A stretch of DNA of 64,000 nucleotides from Phoronis australis (taxonomy: Eukaryota; Animalia; Phoronida): contig NMRA01000203.1 in the NCBI GenBank assembly GCA_002633005.1, forward strand, positions 628,393-692,392, in the 5' to 3' direction. The position numbers and the translations under genes were made by a program. Each line of letters starts with the position of its first letter. Within the stretch, counting starts at the first letter, position 1. Positions 13,801 through 25,844 of this stretch are shown in pieces. The notes beneath the pieces were generated by a model. That model searched no databases, was not told where the DNA came from, and saw only the letters and a list, made by a program, of their open reading frames with translations.

Positions 13801-14592
13801 TCCACCACTGTCTTCCTTCCAGTTAACTGAAATTGAGCTCTAAAACGAGGTTATGCTTTGGACGAAAGAATTAGGTGTTTTAATTTTAAAATTCAACTTG
13901 GTCGAGATTAAAAAGACGTAATTATTAAAACCAAGAAAGCAGAATTGATGGTCATATAATTTTTATTTTCAATTGCGAGCCTAATTTTTTATCGTAATCA
14001 AAATATGTATTTAATAACATCAAGTATTATTTCAGATCAATGACAAATCAACTGTTAGTCCCGGTAGTGCTTACCTCACCAGGACCTAGGCTATGCTTGA
14101 AGCTAATAGGCCTACTCTTGATCAACAAATTAAACCAGATGAGACTAACTGCACATGACAGCAAAATGCTATGAGCCACCACTGTCGAATATATCTTCAA
14201 CTCGTCAACAATACGACCAGATGACCTGGTTCGTGTAGAAAGCATTTTTATCAAGAATTTGTTAGAAGAAACGTAACCCTGCATTCAGCATGATACCTAA
14301 TCCGTAACACTACGATCACCGCAATTTGGTCATGTTTACTTTTCATGTTTCGAACCTAGTTTTCCGGAAAAAAAATATATCCTTTTGTCAGACAACTCTT
14401 TGGTGCATTGACTTGTTCTTTGACTTTATTTTTCTACGTCTCTGTGGTTAATTATTGACACATTTTTTAAGATTTAATATTCAGGTTGGACTCCAAAGAC
14501 CGGCCATTTAACTCACCCAATGTAAATTTCCGCTTTGTTTATCGCAGTGAGCCTCGCTTTGGATTTTAATGTCCGCCGCGTGAATAGAGTCT
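10882..14592 (+). mobile_element. ISL2EU/Harbinger-related DNA transposon remnant with interrupted THAP domain
   Basis: TIR AGACCCTATTCACGC / GCGTGAATAGAGTCT plus subterminal CCAAAACGAGGCTCGCTACGAT; AT at right flank; THAP-like C..PRCSNS..FTIPKD..RKR...IRRDEG at 13457-13580. Confidence 0.62.
10965..13456 (+). mobile_element. P-element-like DNA transposon remnant, 7-bp TSD GTTGTAC, intron-split THAP domain
   Basis: CAAAGAT..AAGAT..TAGTCACA..AGCGCCACCT inverted termini; LFRLPNDKE|CASWVQ..RLCGRH across intron 11146-11546; AVPT at ~11862. Confidence 0.75.
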
Positions 14593-15819
14593 ATGGAAGA
14601 CGTAATGGAATACGCCATTGAATATAGGAAGGTGGAGCCAACTGTATTCAATGGTTAAGACAGTAATTTCACATTTGGTGAACAGTCCTGGTGAAGTTAA
14701 TTCGGGTGGACGACGGCAAATTTGATTGGCCTTGTTCATTTGGGCACCTAAAACATTCGTTCACGACGTTTTTTTCTCAAGAAGCAGTTTACCTGCTCTA
14801 AAAACAATAAACTTTCAGCAACGATTTATGCACGAAAATTCCGACGCACGGTGAACAGCCCTATAGTTTTAGGCTTCGATTTTTTAACGCGAGTGGTCAG
14901 AAATAGGTCATTTGTCTAGATAACGTCCCCTAAAAATCGGGCAAAAACGGATTCAAATCAGACGAAAAAGTTTTTGTTATAAATGCATACATTGCATTGA
15001 GAACTAGCATATCTACAGGAAATTGCGACCTAATATCGAGTATATATTTCTAATAACACAGTCGTACTCTTGAAACGTTCCTCGACTCCATCTTCTCTCG
15101 CAACAGACCTCAGCTCAAATTCCGAAAATCAATCACCTCCTCAAACACAGTTCGTTGTTCTCCGGTGTTGTGATCAACACAGGAAATAATCCTATCAGCA
15201 TTTCCATTCCAGAAGAGACGAAAAAATTATCTAGAAAACTAAGACTTAAAACGAAACACCGCTAGATAATTGTTTTGTTATAGTTAATGTTTAAAATTTT
15301 CTATTTCCGGATGGATTTTTTTAAGTTTCCGACGAACTTCTAATGTTGAGTGGTTCATTGTATTAACTTGTATATTTCACAAAGTGAAAATTATTCTCTG
15401 TTTTTGTGACTTTACTAGTTATTCAACATCATGGTTTAATTGCAGAAAAGCTTGTGGCTTAAAGAGGCCTGGAACTCGAAAAGCAGACTAAATTGCATTA
15501 CTAAAAATGGTTTACGTGGCGCGCTGCCATAGGTTGTCGAGCTTGCACCTCCTGGCCCGATAGTAAGACTCCAGTAGCGCCCCCACGTGGCTAGTACACT
15601 GTTAAGTGAAGTCATAGGTACTCTCGGGCCAAATCTACTGGGATCGCCCGCCGAAGGGGAAGGACAAGAGGAAGGTGGGATATAGAATCGGACAGGGGAA
15701 CAAGCTGAGGTAATAGTTCCACCATGGCCAGGTTTTTTATCCCATCTCGACGTGAGTCGTATAACCGGAGGCAACAGTCCCATCGAGTTCATCAGATTAT
15801 GATATGGTGCCGAACAATG

Positions 15820-16273
15820 ACTTTCTAAAACCGCTCTGAGGTGGTGGCGTGTTACAACTATTATTAAAATCTCTTGGTCTGTTTACATCGACCTCTTGTC
15901 TATTTACATTGTCACGACGTTTTGTTCGGTCTATTCTCCGGCCGTCGTCAGGTGTTCCTGCGTTCTTAGAAGAACGAGCGCGCCGGATATGTGGTACACT
16001 CATCATGGTGTGATTTTTTATTATTTATTGTCCGAGGAAGGATTTGAAACTACGACTTCCGAAACTACAGGTATTTGAGTCCAGAACCTTAATCCATATG
16101 TAATAAAAAAAAATCACACCATGATGACTGTACCACATATCCGCCTCGTTCTTTTAAATAAGAATGCAGGAACACCTGACGGTGGCCGGAGAATAGACCG
16201 ACCGAAACGTCGTGACAATGTAAATAGACAAGAGGTCGGTGTAAATGGACCAAAAGATTTTAACAATAGTTGT
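15820..16273. mobile_element. Penelope-like non-autonomous element: ~170-bp inverted arms, each with a minimal hammerhead motif, 13-bp TSD GTGCCGAACAATG
   Basis: Arms 15854-16024 and 16101-16273; direct repeats at 15807-15819 and 16272-16284. Confidence 0.72.
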
Positions 16274-16524
16274 GCCGAACAATGTAGTTGAATTCTAGTA
16301 TTGGGAGAGGACTGTGACCCAGCAAGTACACTGTCACAATACTTTGCGGGTTAGTACGAGGATCGACCAACAGTACTGTCATCCAATGAGTGTCGAGTCC
16401 AACAGCTTGGATAGCAGACAAGACGTTTGAATATTTATGATTAACTGATTGAAGTTTCCCTTACAGAGGGCGCTAGCGTAAGAACTTCTCAAGCACAAAC
16501 TTGGAGTTTTGTAATGTGGGTAAT

Positions 16525-16776
16525 CATGCGCGCACCCAGGGGCGCTCGGGGGACTCGAACGAGCCCCCCCCCCATTTGGCGAAGTGGGCAAAAAGGTCCC
16601 CCTCTGAAAGACAAAACGTCCGAGAAAATGAGGCATAAGTCCATTAAACATGTGCAAAGCGTAATTCACAGTCGTGCTCCCGTTTTTTTTTTAAGTCCGC
16701 CCTCTTTTTTGTCACCAAAAGGTCCACGAAGTCTGGAATTCGAGCCCCCCCCTATTGAAGGCTGGGTACGCACATG
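16525..16776. mobile_element. MITE family B (CATGCGCGCACCCAG TIR), 5-bp TSD GTAAT; related copies at ~11885-12089 and ~33218-33360
   Basis: TIRs, TSD and shared internal sequence. Confidence 0.8.
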
Positions 16777-17221
16777 GTAATGAAACAACTTTCAGAACCC
16801 AAGCTAGAGTAGAAGTACTCGAAAAGTACGTGAAAAGCAATATAAAACTTGGAATTAAAATGATCGTGAGCATCCGCCCAAGTCTGAAATGTTTCAGACG
16901 ATGCATTTTTGTTGTTTTCCAATATTTTTTGTAAGTGATTGACAATTTCGAGTTGACATCACGGGATTTCTATTATTAGATGCTTATAATCGCCTGCAGG
17001 TGATAACAAGTCACTGTAACCGGAGGAAACATGAGAAAACAACAGGTCGAGCAACAAAATAATGGTGACCGAAATGCTGACTGGAAGATGAAACACCAGA
17101 TCACCGGTGTTGGTCGGTGATTCACATTTCATTGCAGAAACATAAAAAACAACCCAACCAGTCAAGCGGCAAATTAGAACACCTGCAAACACTATTTGAC
17201 GATATGTTAATTAGCGAACCT

Positions 17222-17312
17222 CGTTACGGTCATTTATTGACCGATACATACTACGTAAAATCGAGACGTTACGGTCATTTATTGACCGATACATACTACG
17301 TAAAATCGAGAC
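17222..17312. repeat. Perfect 45-bp tandem duplication
   Basis: CGTTACGGTCATTTATTGACCGATACATACTACGTAAAATCGAGA x2. Confidence 0.9.
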
Positions 17313-17600
17313 GACCAATCAGAGCACTAGTCATCCTCCACTGTGTTTAGTGTGAAAAGTCGTCAAATATTGCTGCTAGTTTTCCTGTGGTTTATAATGG
17401 TGACACGTTGCGTTTGTGGTGGTTGTGACAACTTAGTACTTGTCCACTCTTCGGATCTTTTCTCTGTCCCGCGGGAAATGCACATAATGTTTGTACAAGA
17501 AAATCGCGTGTTGGTGAACATGACACACAGGCGCTATATATTACGTAATATATTACGTGCATACGTCACACTAAAGTCCGTGGAGCTAAAAACTTTCAAT

Positions 17601-17718
17601 TATCACCATCGCCATCATCATCATCGCCATCACCGTCACCGTCATCGCCATTGCCATCGCCATCGCCATCATCATCATCATCATCATCATCATCATGGTC
17701 ATCATCATTATTATTATT
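17601..17718. repeat. (CAT)n/(CGCCAT)n microsatellite next to the D8C exon donor
   Basis: Directly visible. Confidence 0.95.
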
Positions 17719-17725
17719 GACTTAC

Positions 17726-17941
17726 CATTAAGCCACACTGGCGAGTCGCTGCCACATGCGCCTTTTTGTACACACTGAGTCGGCATTTTGGTTCCCCCTC
17801 TACTTTCAAATCTGTACCAACCTTCACCGTGTGGTAGAGCGGAGTCACACTGCGTGCTTTCGGACGGCAGTCTCGTATACGTCGTTCTTCTACTGTCATC
17901 GTTGTTAGCAAAATGAATACTTTTGTCACAAGGATCTGTAC
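17726..17941 (-). CDS. Lectin-D8C receptor exon: N-half of D8C/uromodulin-GP2-OIT3-like Cys8 domain (DPC...CDSAL..GWYRF....MPTQCV...CGSDSPVWLNG)
   Basis: Characteristic GWYRF, MPxxCV and CGTxxPxWLNG motifs; gtaagt donor; phase 1->1 (alternative in-frame acceptor at 17935). Confidence 0.92.
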
Positions 17942-18286
17942 CTAAACCCAAGATGTAATATTTTTAATTAGTGAAAACTCGTAATTGACCAGGTCCGTAG
18001 TTAGGCAGCTGCAAAATCAAAGATGTCGTAAGTAGAGAGACACAATCACAATTTCCGAAAGAAAATATTCGTGCAAGCCCTAAAACGGCATCAAGAAGGA
18101 GATTTTTGGCCTTGAATAGAACACCACTCCAAAAAGGCTCCAGACTTACCTGCCAGAAGCAAAGGGTCCAATTTACCAAATTTCTGCTGTGAATTATTGA
18201 CTTGGTGGTTTCATCCAATTCTACGACAGTGTGTTGCCATACAAAGCAACACTGGCAACATTTCTAACAGTTAACACTGATATATA

Positions 18287-19094
18287 TGTTGTGTTCGTAG
18301 AACCAGTAAAACAACACAGATGAGAGTAAATTATAATACGTCTATTCGCTTGGAGAACTAATACAAGAAGGGGATGAGCACGTGGCTTGTGGGCAGAAAT
18401 ACCACGTGACTATATTCTAAGGAAAACCACAAGTAGCATTGCCAATACACAACATCCCTCTACCCTTAGCTGACAACTGCAAACGTAAATAAACATGGAG
18501 GAACACTTCAAACTAAACACAAACATGCATGTAACACACTGTCAGCAGTCTTGTTTGTAAAACGATACTAAGTGTCCAGTCATAACTAAAACGATGTATT
18601 ACACTGCTGTTTGCTGTAAGGTGATCCTACTGATGACTGAAGCTAGTTATAATAAGTAGTAATTAAAAGTTCAGCCTGTCTGGTTGGATTGATTTCCTTC
18701 CGGAACGTGTCACAACTACAGACGAATCCGTTGGTGGATTTTCTACGGGTAATCGTACGGTAGTAGCGTTCGAATCCGCAGTGGGATCGACCACAGGCGT
18801 AGAAGGTTGTTCCGTCAACCGAGTTGGCGGTACGAAGGCTTGTGGCGGAGGTAAGTTACTTGGCGGTGGGCCAAACGTGGTTGAAGATGGGTTGTCTTCC
18901 GGTGTGCGTCGTACTATGTGGTCTACGTGACGCCTCCAAATCCGTTTATCGGGCAACTCCACAGAAAATGACACGGGTCCTCGTTGTTCTATGATCATNA
19001 ATACAAGAAGGGGATGAGCACGTGGCTTGTGGGCAGAAATACCACGTGACTATATTCTAAGGAAAACCACAAGTAGCATTGCCAATACACAACA
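18287..19094 (-). mobile_element. Gypsy LTR retrotransposon remnant (collapsed at n 18999), TSD ATATA
   Basis: LTR 18287-18454 with TGTTGTG..CACAACA ends, polypurine tract next to it, identical partial LTR 19000-19094; integrase tail GPVSF.VEL...WRRHVDH...TRSGR...PDRL. Confidence 0.9.
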
Positions 19095-19699
19095 ATATAG
19101 AACAACGCCTGGTTTTGCTGAAGAAATAAAGCCATGCAGCGACAAAGAATACATGTACGTCGTCTGAGCGTGTAAGTAAAGAGCGGCACGGTTGCATGTT
19201 TGATTTTTTTACAATTGTCTTAGCTAGGTTGATTTTAGAAGCGAATATATGATTTCATTGACGTACTGTGATTGTTTAACCTGAACCAACCGGTACACTA
19301 AAACTGGAAACGAAGAAGGACAGAAAAAACTAATATTGCCAAACTGACTCATAATATTAAGCTGGAGGAGGTGCATGTCAAGTCATTCATACTCAAGTTT
19401 TCTATAATGGTCCCTGCTTAGACTATAATTTTTGGAGGGGAAATGAACTTGATTTGGAAAATGCAAAATTATATTTTTTAAACTTGATTGATGATTGAAT
19501 CAAGAACCAATGACAGCACATTGGTCAATTATCACACTGTTACACAACACAAAGCACCTTTGTCAGACCGCACAAAAAGGATACACATTATTCTGAGTAA
19601 ATTTTGCATTGTTTTCTATGAGTTTAGTGTTGATTAATTTCACAAATAGTTCAACATCAAAAAGTAAACTGATATTCTCTACCGAATCTAAAAAATCAC

Positions 19700-19747
19700 C
19701 CGCTTGGGTCGCTGCTTCTTGTGCCGTAGTCGGTGGGGGTAAAGTCA
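19700..19747 (-). CDS. Probable 48-nt Thr/Pro-rich linker exon (VTLPPPTTAQEAATQA)
   Basis: Symmetric phase 1->1, AG/GT bounded, mucin-like composition; weak polypyrimidine tract. Confidence 0.5.
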
Positions 19748-21269
19748 CTGTCCTATTTTAGCGTGAAGTCAAGTGGTGTACTTCAAATTGTCGGAATAAG
19801 AAATTTTAGATAAGTGTGAAATGTCAGGTCACCAGGGATACCTGTTTGAGCCGAGGCAACACAGTGATACCCAGCTGTCGTCATCATCAGACGAAAATTT
19901 GCCGGTGCAACCAGTCCGTATCAACAATTTACACTGGTGTGACTGTGAGCAGTGTGTACCCTAGCCAACCAGCTAGCTGTCAGCCAATACTCAGCTCTGT
20001 AAACTTGAAGGGTTGGTTAGTTATCAACTATAGCTGTATGAAGACTATCGTACCACAGTGTTTTGAGCTCCGTTAGACCCCGAAATTTCACACAGCCCGT
20101 TGACTACCCAGATATAGTTAACTTATGGTCATCACCTCGTCGTAAATCTTACATCAACATGTAGAGCTAACAGACCGGTGGGGTGCGTGCAAAATCTAGT
20201 AGTCATCGGATACTCACATTATTCGTTGCAACCGTTTAAGTGGAAAATAATCAAATAAACATCATTTTCTACCATAATGCGTTGCCTTTTGTAACAAAAA
20301 CAAGTGCGCTCGTGACACGGAGCTTGGACCATTTACTAAAATTTTGCGACGTCTTTCGGGAGATGATGACAGTTTCGTAGCAGCAAGGTTTATTATAAAA
20401 TTCGGTTGGCTGGTATTAAAATACTAGAAACTTGTAACTAAATGAACCAAGTTCCGATGATTCGTTGTGACATGTACGCATCCATGTACCAGTAGCGAAG
20501 AACAATTGATAAAATAATCGGGGGAGGGGGGGGGGAGAGAAACTGGTAAAGGTGACGCAATCGTCAAAAGCCGACTCAAGAGAATGCATCCCAATTTTAC
20601 CAGGAGCCGATTAACGACCGGTAACTTTGCCAACACTGGTAAATTTGTTAGTTTAGGCCTACTCAAGGATGAGAATAGTTTTAAAGATACTAACTTTGAG
20701 TCAGATTTTATTTGTCCTCTTCATACCGTGAATAATACGCTTACAAGGAAGTCACGCATTTCTAAAGATATGCGGGAATTTTCACCGCTCGACCTTCTGA
20801 GCGGCTTGTACCAGGATCAAAAAGAGCGCAGCGCCGGAGTCAGGTACAGTTGTGATGACCCCATTGCCCAATGCGAGCAAGACCTAATTAAGTGTAATTA
20901 CCCGACCATAAACTGTATTAAGCATCTCTGACTGTACATAACGGCGAATTTAACAAAATGCATTAACCACTAATTTTCGTTTAAAACGAACACCACGGCG
21001 GCATTCAGCTGGAAAAAAAACAACCAAGTACGGTTTTCGATTTTTAAAAATCGATGAACTAATTATCTAAAAACTACAACAATTGGGTACAATTGAAGAT
21101 AAACTACCGTGCGTATTGATATACTCGGTGGATATAGAAACGCTGATCAGAGTTAACAATATCACATGGATTCACTTTTTCAATATTCTTTCAATCTCGT
21201 TTAACCAGATTTTTGACCAGGAAACAGTTGTACATAATTTGTACCCACTTTAATTTTTTATTACTGACA

Positions 21270-22577
21270 AGGAGCAAAAATATATGGTTCGTTGATTATC
21301 CCAGACATATTTTTCACTTACTTACTGCTTTTCATAATTTAATTAATTACTCGTCGTCTACTCCGGAAGTGACGTTTTGGGAGGCAAGAATTTCGCGCCA
21401 ATTTCTTTTCATATAGTCAGACTATGAGAGCAGTCGAATCAGTCATTGTTCTACCTCGGTTGTGATAAGTTCGGTCGTCGTTTGCTTTTACTTACGAGTC
21501 AGTCAACATACCACGCTGTTGCTGCGTACTGGGGCGTACTCATTATCGTCTCACGCACAGAGGAAGAACTGTTTCACTTGCCCGAATGTCCGGCGACTCA
21601 CTCCCAGTGGAGGGTGATCTGAGCACCCAAACTGCTTACATCCCACCGTGTGACCCCCTCGCCACACACCTGGCACCTTCTAAATAGCTCCAATAAAAGT
21701 CCACAATAAACTATCAAACTTAAGGCTCACCGATCTTTTCATTGGATGACGAACTGTCCTCTTCACTGGGTGTCGAACTGGGCCCGTATTCACTCCCATT
21801 ACTCAACATCGCTGGAGGGCTGCTTACAGGCTCTGGGCTAGAGACAACAGCACAGGGCGAATCACTGCTAGTTCCCGGAATGGCAAGCAGTGGGGTACGT
21901 TCGGAGGCACGGGTGACAGTAGATGAAAGGCCTCCAGTCACTGTATATAGTGGCCACAGCTCACGAGGCTTCTCGCTTCAAAAACGAACTTCTCGGGGTT
22001 GGCGACGATGCACTGCCGGGAATCAACAGCGACGGTATGGTACCCTTCTTTAGGCGTTGTTTCGCAGGCACCTCCTTCAATTCAGCGTACATATCTCTGT
22101 CGTAATCTGACGGCAGAAAATGCTTGCCACACACTCGGTAACCCTCCACTGCTTTGTACGCTGCGTGGACGGGTAGCGCTGCATTCTTCACATGAACGAG
22201 CTAGCCAAGTACGGCGAAGTGTATCATCCTTCGAAGCGACGCAAGGTACCCAGACAAAGCGCGTGTGAGACGATAATGAGTGCATCCCGACACGCAGCAA
22301 CAGCGTGGCATGTTGACTGACTTGTAAACAAAAGCAAACGACGATCGAACTTATCACAACTGAGGTAGAACAATGACTGACTCGACAGCTCTCACAGTCA
22401 GACTATAATGAAAAGAAATCGGCGCGAAATTCTTGCCTCCCAAAACGTCACTTCCGGAGTAGAGGACGAGAAATTAATCAAATTACGAAGAGCTGTAATT
22501 GAGTGATAAATGTGTCTGGGATAATCAACGAATATTATTTTTGCTAAAAGTGACATGAAAAAAGGTTGCCTTCACCT
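21270..22577 (-). mobile_element. Kolobok-like DNA transposon remnant with frameshifted THAP ORF (22311->~21565)
   Basis: MPRCCCVSGC..KDDTLRRTW..RVCGKHF..DY..RLKKGTIPSL, then IVY..LLELFRRCQVCG..GH motif; right end CACCT|TTAA. Confidence 0.72.
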
Positions 22578-25500
22578 TTAATGACACGTGAAATGTTTAA
22601 TGTACCTGTAATGTGGAAATTTCAGGGATGGGCTCACAATGAACTTAACTAATTAAGTTTCGCTGGCGATCAAAATCTACCACTGTTTTGGTATTTCAAG
22701 CTTAAAACTTAGATAAAATTTATCAACCCGTTCCCGGTAAAAAACAAGTGGGCAGAAGCATTAAAAATTAAATAACGAAAACCAATATGAAACGTATCGT
22801 TCCTTTGGGAAGTGGCCCTCTGTAAAGATAAACACAAGTTAACCTTTTTAGCCATTTTGTAATATTTATAATCTACCAAGTTTAAACTACTCTCCTGCAG
22901 CCTGTAACTCTGCAAATGTCAGAGAAAACCAAATTGGGGGTATTAACAACAACCGTTGTTGAGACAGTAATGCTAGCTATTACCTTTCCTCTTCATTAGC
23001 TCAGATCTACATCAATACAAAGGGCGTGTTGAATGGGCATCGTAAAAGTTGTGTGGGGCTAAGGGAATATGAGAGGTGACCAGTGTAAGCGAGAAATTCT
23101 CCACATATTTTACTCATATCGGCGCAAACCTGTATATTTAGTATACACTGAGTTAAGGCTTGGGCAACCTAGCCATGGTATGCGATGACCATCCCCTTAG
23201 AGGACACCTTTTTCGAAAAGTTCGAACAACCAGAAGCCACACAAAAAGGCATGGCGATGTAAAATCTTAACAATATGGCACAGCAATATGTGACAAGTAG
23301 TCGAGGACCCACCAGCCAAGTCACTGACATTTCAGCCAATCAGCAATCGCTGTCAGGATTTCAGTCTTTTGACAATAACTATGAATGAGCTTTTGTTTAG
23401 CCCGCAACTCCGGCAAATGTAAAATTTATTTGTATGTTAGAACTGGTTAACTGCTGAATTATTTTTACTACAGCGCCTTCTTAGGGTTATCTCAAGAATG
23501 ATGTAGTGGCCTACATTCTAACTAATAAATCAAAATACAGGCTTTGTGAATAGGTTAAAGAATATGTTTTCTGAAAAAAAAAGATTAGGAATTATAACTC
23601 TATGTTTTATATTTTTGTGCCATTATTATTGTTATTACAGGTCAAATTTCATTTTTATGAAAGGTACATTCATACCAAAAGAACCCCTCGATCGATTTCA
23701 ATGAAACCATTTTTAAATCGAAACTTCACCAGTTACCCCAAAAACTATTTTGAGAATGTTCGATTAGTCTTATAGTTTGATATCTAAGACAAATCAACTC
23801 GCCAAATTTAAAGTAATTTTTGCCTAAATAGCAGTCGATTTTGTCTTTATTACATATCACAAAAAGTAGGCCTTTCTATCGAAAATCCTATCAGCGTGTT
23901 TGAGATGTAAAATTACCTATCAAATTGATGAATTTATGTGAGGATTTATCTTTTTTCACAAGTTACTGTGTACGTTAACACAGAGTCAAAGAGGCGTGTG
24001 GCGACTGGACCATTCGTTCTCAACGGTCGTATGCATGCAGATGCCCAACTGCCTCAAGATCAAAACTGCGTTTTGTCTTTCTTTTCCCCGGCATCTTTCT
24101 CTCATAGGTACACCTCGTTATTATGGCAACTCGTTGAATGAAAGGACTGAGGGTACGTACGGAACTGCTCGGTGCGTGGCGGAAGATTCGATTTGAGTGA
24201 CAGTCCTTAACCTTTGACCTCGGATAAGTAGTGAACAAATTTCCACGCGGTTGTGCGGTTCCAAGGTGGTTCTACTAAATCTTTTGTTTCTCGCTACACG
24301 CCACGGTATATATTCCGTATTTGAAGTTCCCCGAGAAAGAAGATTAGGTATTTTGCTAGACATAAGTGAAATATTGTGAAAACGGCTAATTTTTCTGAAT
24401 AAGTTTTGAGATATTTTTAAATCTTATGAAACAAGCTAAAAGTTTTCATGCAGACAAACTTAGTTTTTTCATTATAATTTACCTCCTCGGATATCTTATT
24501 ACTGTCAGCCAAACTAAATCATAATATACAAAGATTTTTGATGAAATTTGCCCAAATGAAGTAGCATATGGAACTATAGCAAATCTTAGCTTATTATTCT
24601 GCCATACATCGATCGATTTTTTAAATCTAGTACAAATGAATTCAAAATCCCTACCAAGGTTTTTACGTAAATTCACAATAACTTTATTTTTCATCTGAAA
24701 GTGAAATAGCAGCTGAAGATTGTGCATTTACGAATATTCAAACTCACCGTTCATAAAAATAACCTAGAATGACTTGAAGCATACAAATACTTTTTATGTC
24801 TTGAACAAGATATAAAAATATATCAAAATGGTCACAGAAATATTTTGAGAACAGTGACAATGTGTTTTGGAAAGGATTTAGGAAACATTGACATTTAAAA
24901 AATTTAGAATATACTTTTTTGTGAATTAAAATGCCATTTGCCTTTTTGAGTCACGGCTAACACACTTCATGTACATACATGTTCTAAACTGGAATATTGA
25001 ATACCGATCAGCCTTCACGCCTCATATTCATTAGAGACAAGTAATTAATCTGGAGAAGTAGACAGACAGTTTAGTAGAAAGGCTTACGTGAGACATGAAA
25101 ATTTGAAGACTGTTTTGGTCCTTCAGATCAAGCGCAATTGGTTTGTCAAGACGGCAATATTTGACTACTTCGGGGTCGTCAAGAGAAAGTTTTCTTACCG
25201 TTCTGGCAACGAGGACCCCAATACTTTGCAGAACAACGGCATTCGTTGTCATCGACACAAGTACCTCCATTCAAGCAGTAGCCGGTTTCACACATTACTA
25301 AAAAAGTAAGAGTGTCATTTTGCCATTAGCACCGCGGTATTTGTTACTAATTCACTTGTCATTCCCCCATGAAAAAATAAGTAATGACACGATTAACGAA
25401 GATTTTAACAGGTAAACTAGGTCTTAGACCTAGGATTCATATGTCGTAATGTATTGTCAGTAACCATTTATTAATGTGCCAAAAAGAAGAAGAAAATTGT

Positions 25501-25620
25501 CAAAAATGACCCCTTAGTTAATACTAACGGTAACACTCGTAAAAAACTAAGTTTAGGTTTAATGTATTTGTGTCTCAAAACCCAAATCCGGAGAGATGAA
25601 TCAAACTCGAAAGGACTGAC

Positions 25621-25844
25621 CTTGTCTCTCGCACACGTAGGGGTGACTAGCAGAGCACGATCTATCCTGCCACACCCCTGCGGAATTGCTACTTCCGGTG
25701 CGAACTATCCTCGCGCAGTCGCCATCGCCGTCTGGTTCGCTGATATCCCATTTGGTGAAACGGGAATCGCTTCCCGATATCCACTTCCAGATAGGGTTTT
25801 TTCTTGTAATTCCTAACCAGTAATCGTTAGAATTATCTCGTACT
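25621..25844 (-). CDS. Lectin-D8C receptor exon: C-half of C-type lectin domain (YWLG, WKWISGS, EPD, WQD, YVCE)
   Basis: WIGL-like, EPD and WQD motifs, 3 Cys; tttcag acceptor, gtcagt donor; phase 2->1 matches previous exon. Confidence 0.93.

Noticed and set aside
15436-15792. GC-richer 118-aa ORF
   Set aside because: No recognisable motif or splice support; probably decayed repeat interrupted by the Penelope-like insertion
17343-17720. ORF with poly-His tail
   Set aside because: Translation of an intronic (CAT)n microsatellite
25031-25270. Minus-strand ORF with GTAAGC donor as an extra lectin-gene exon
   Set aside because: Donor is phase 0 in this frame whereas flanking exons are phase 1; no recognisable domain
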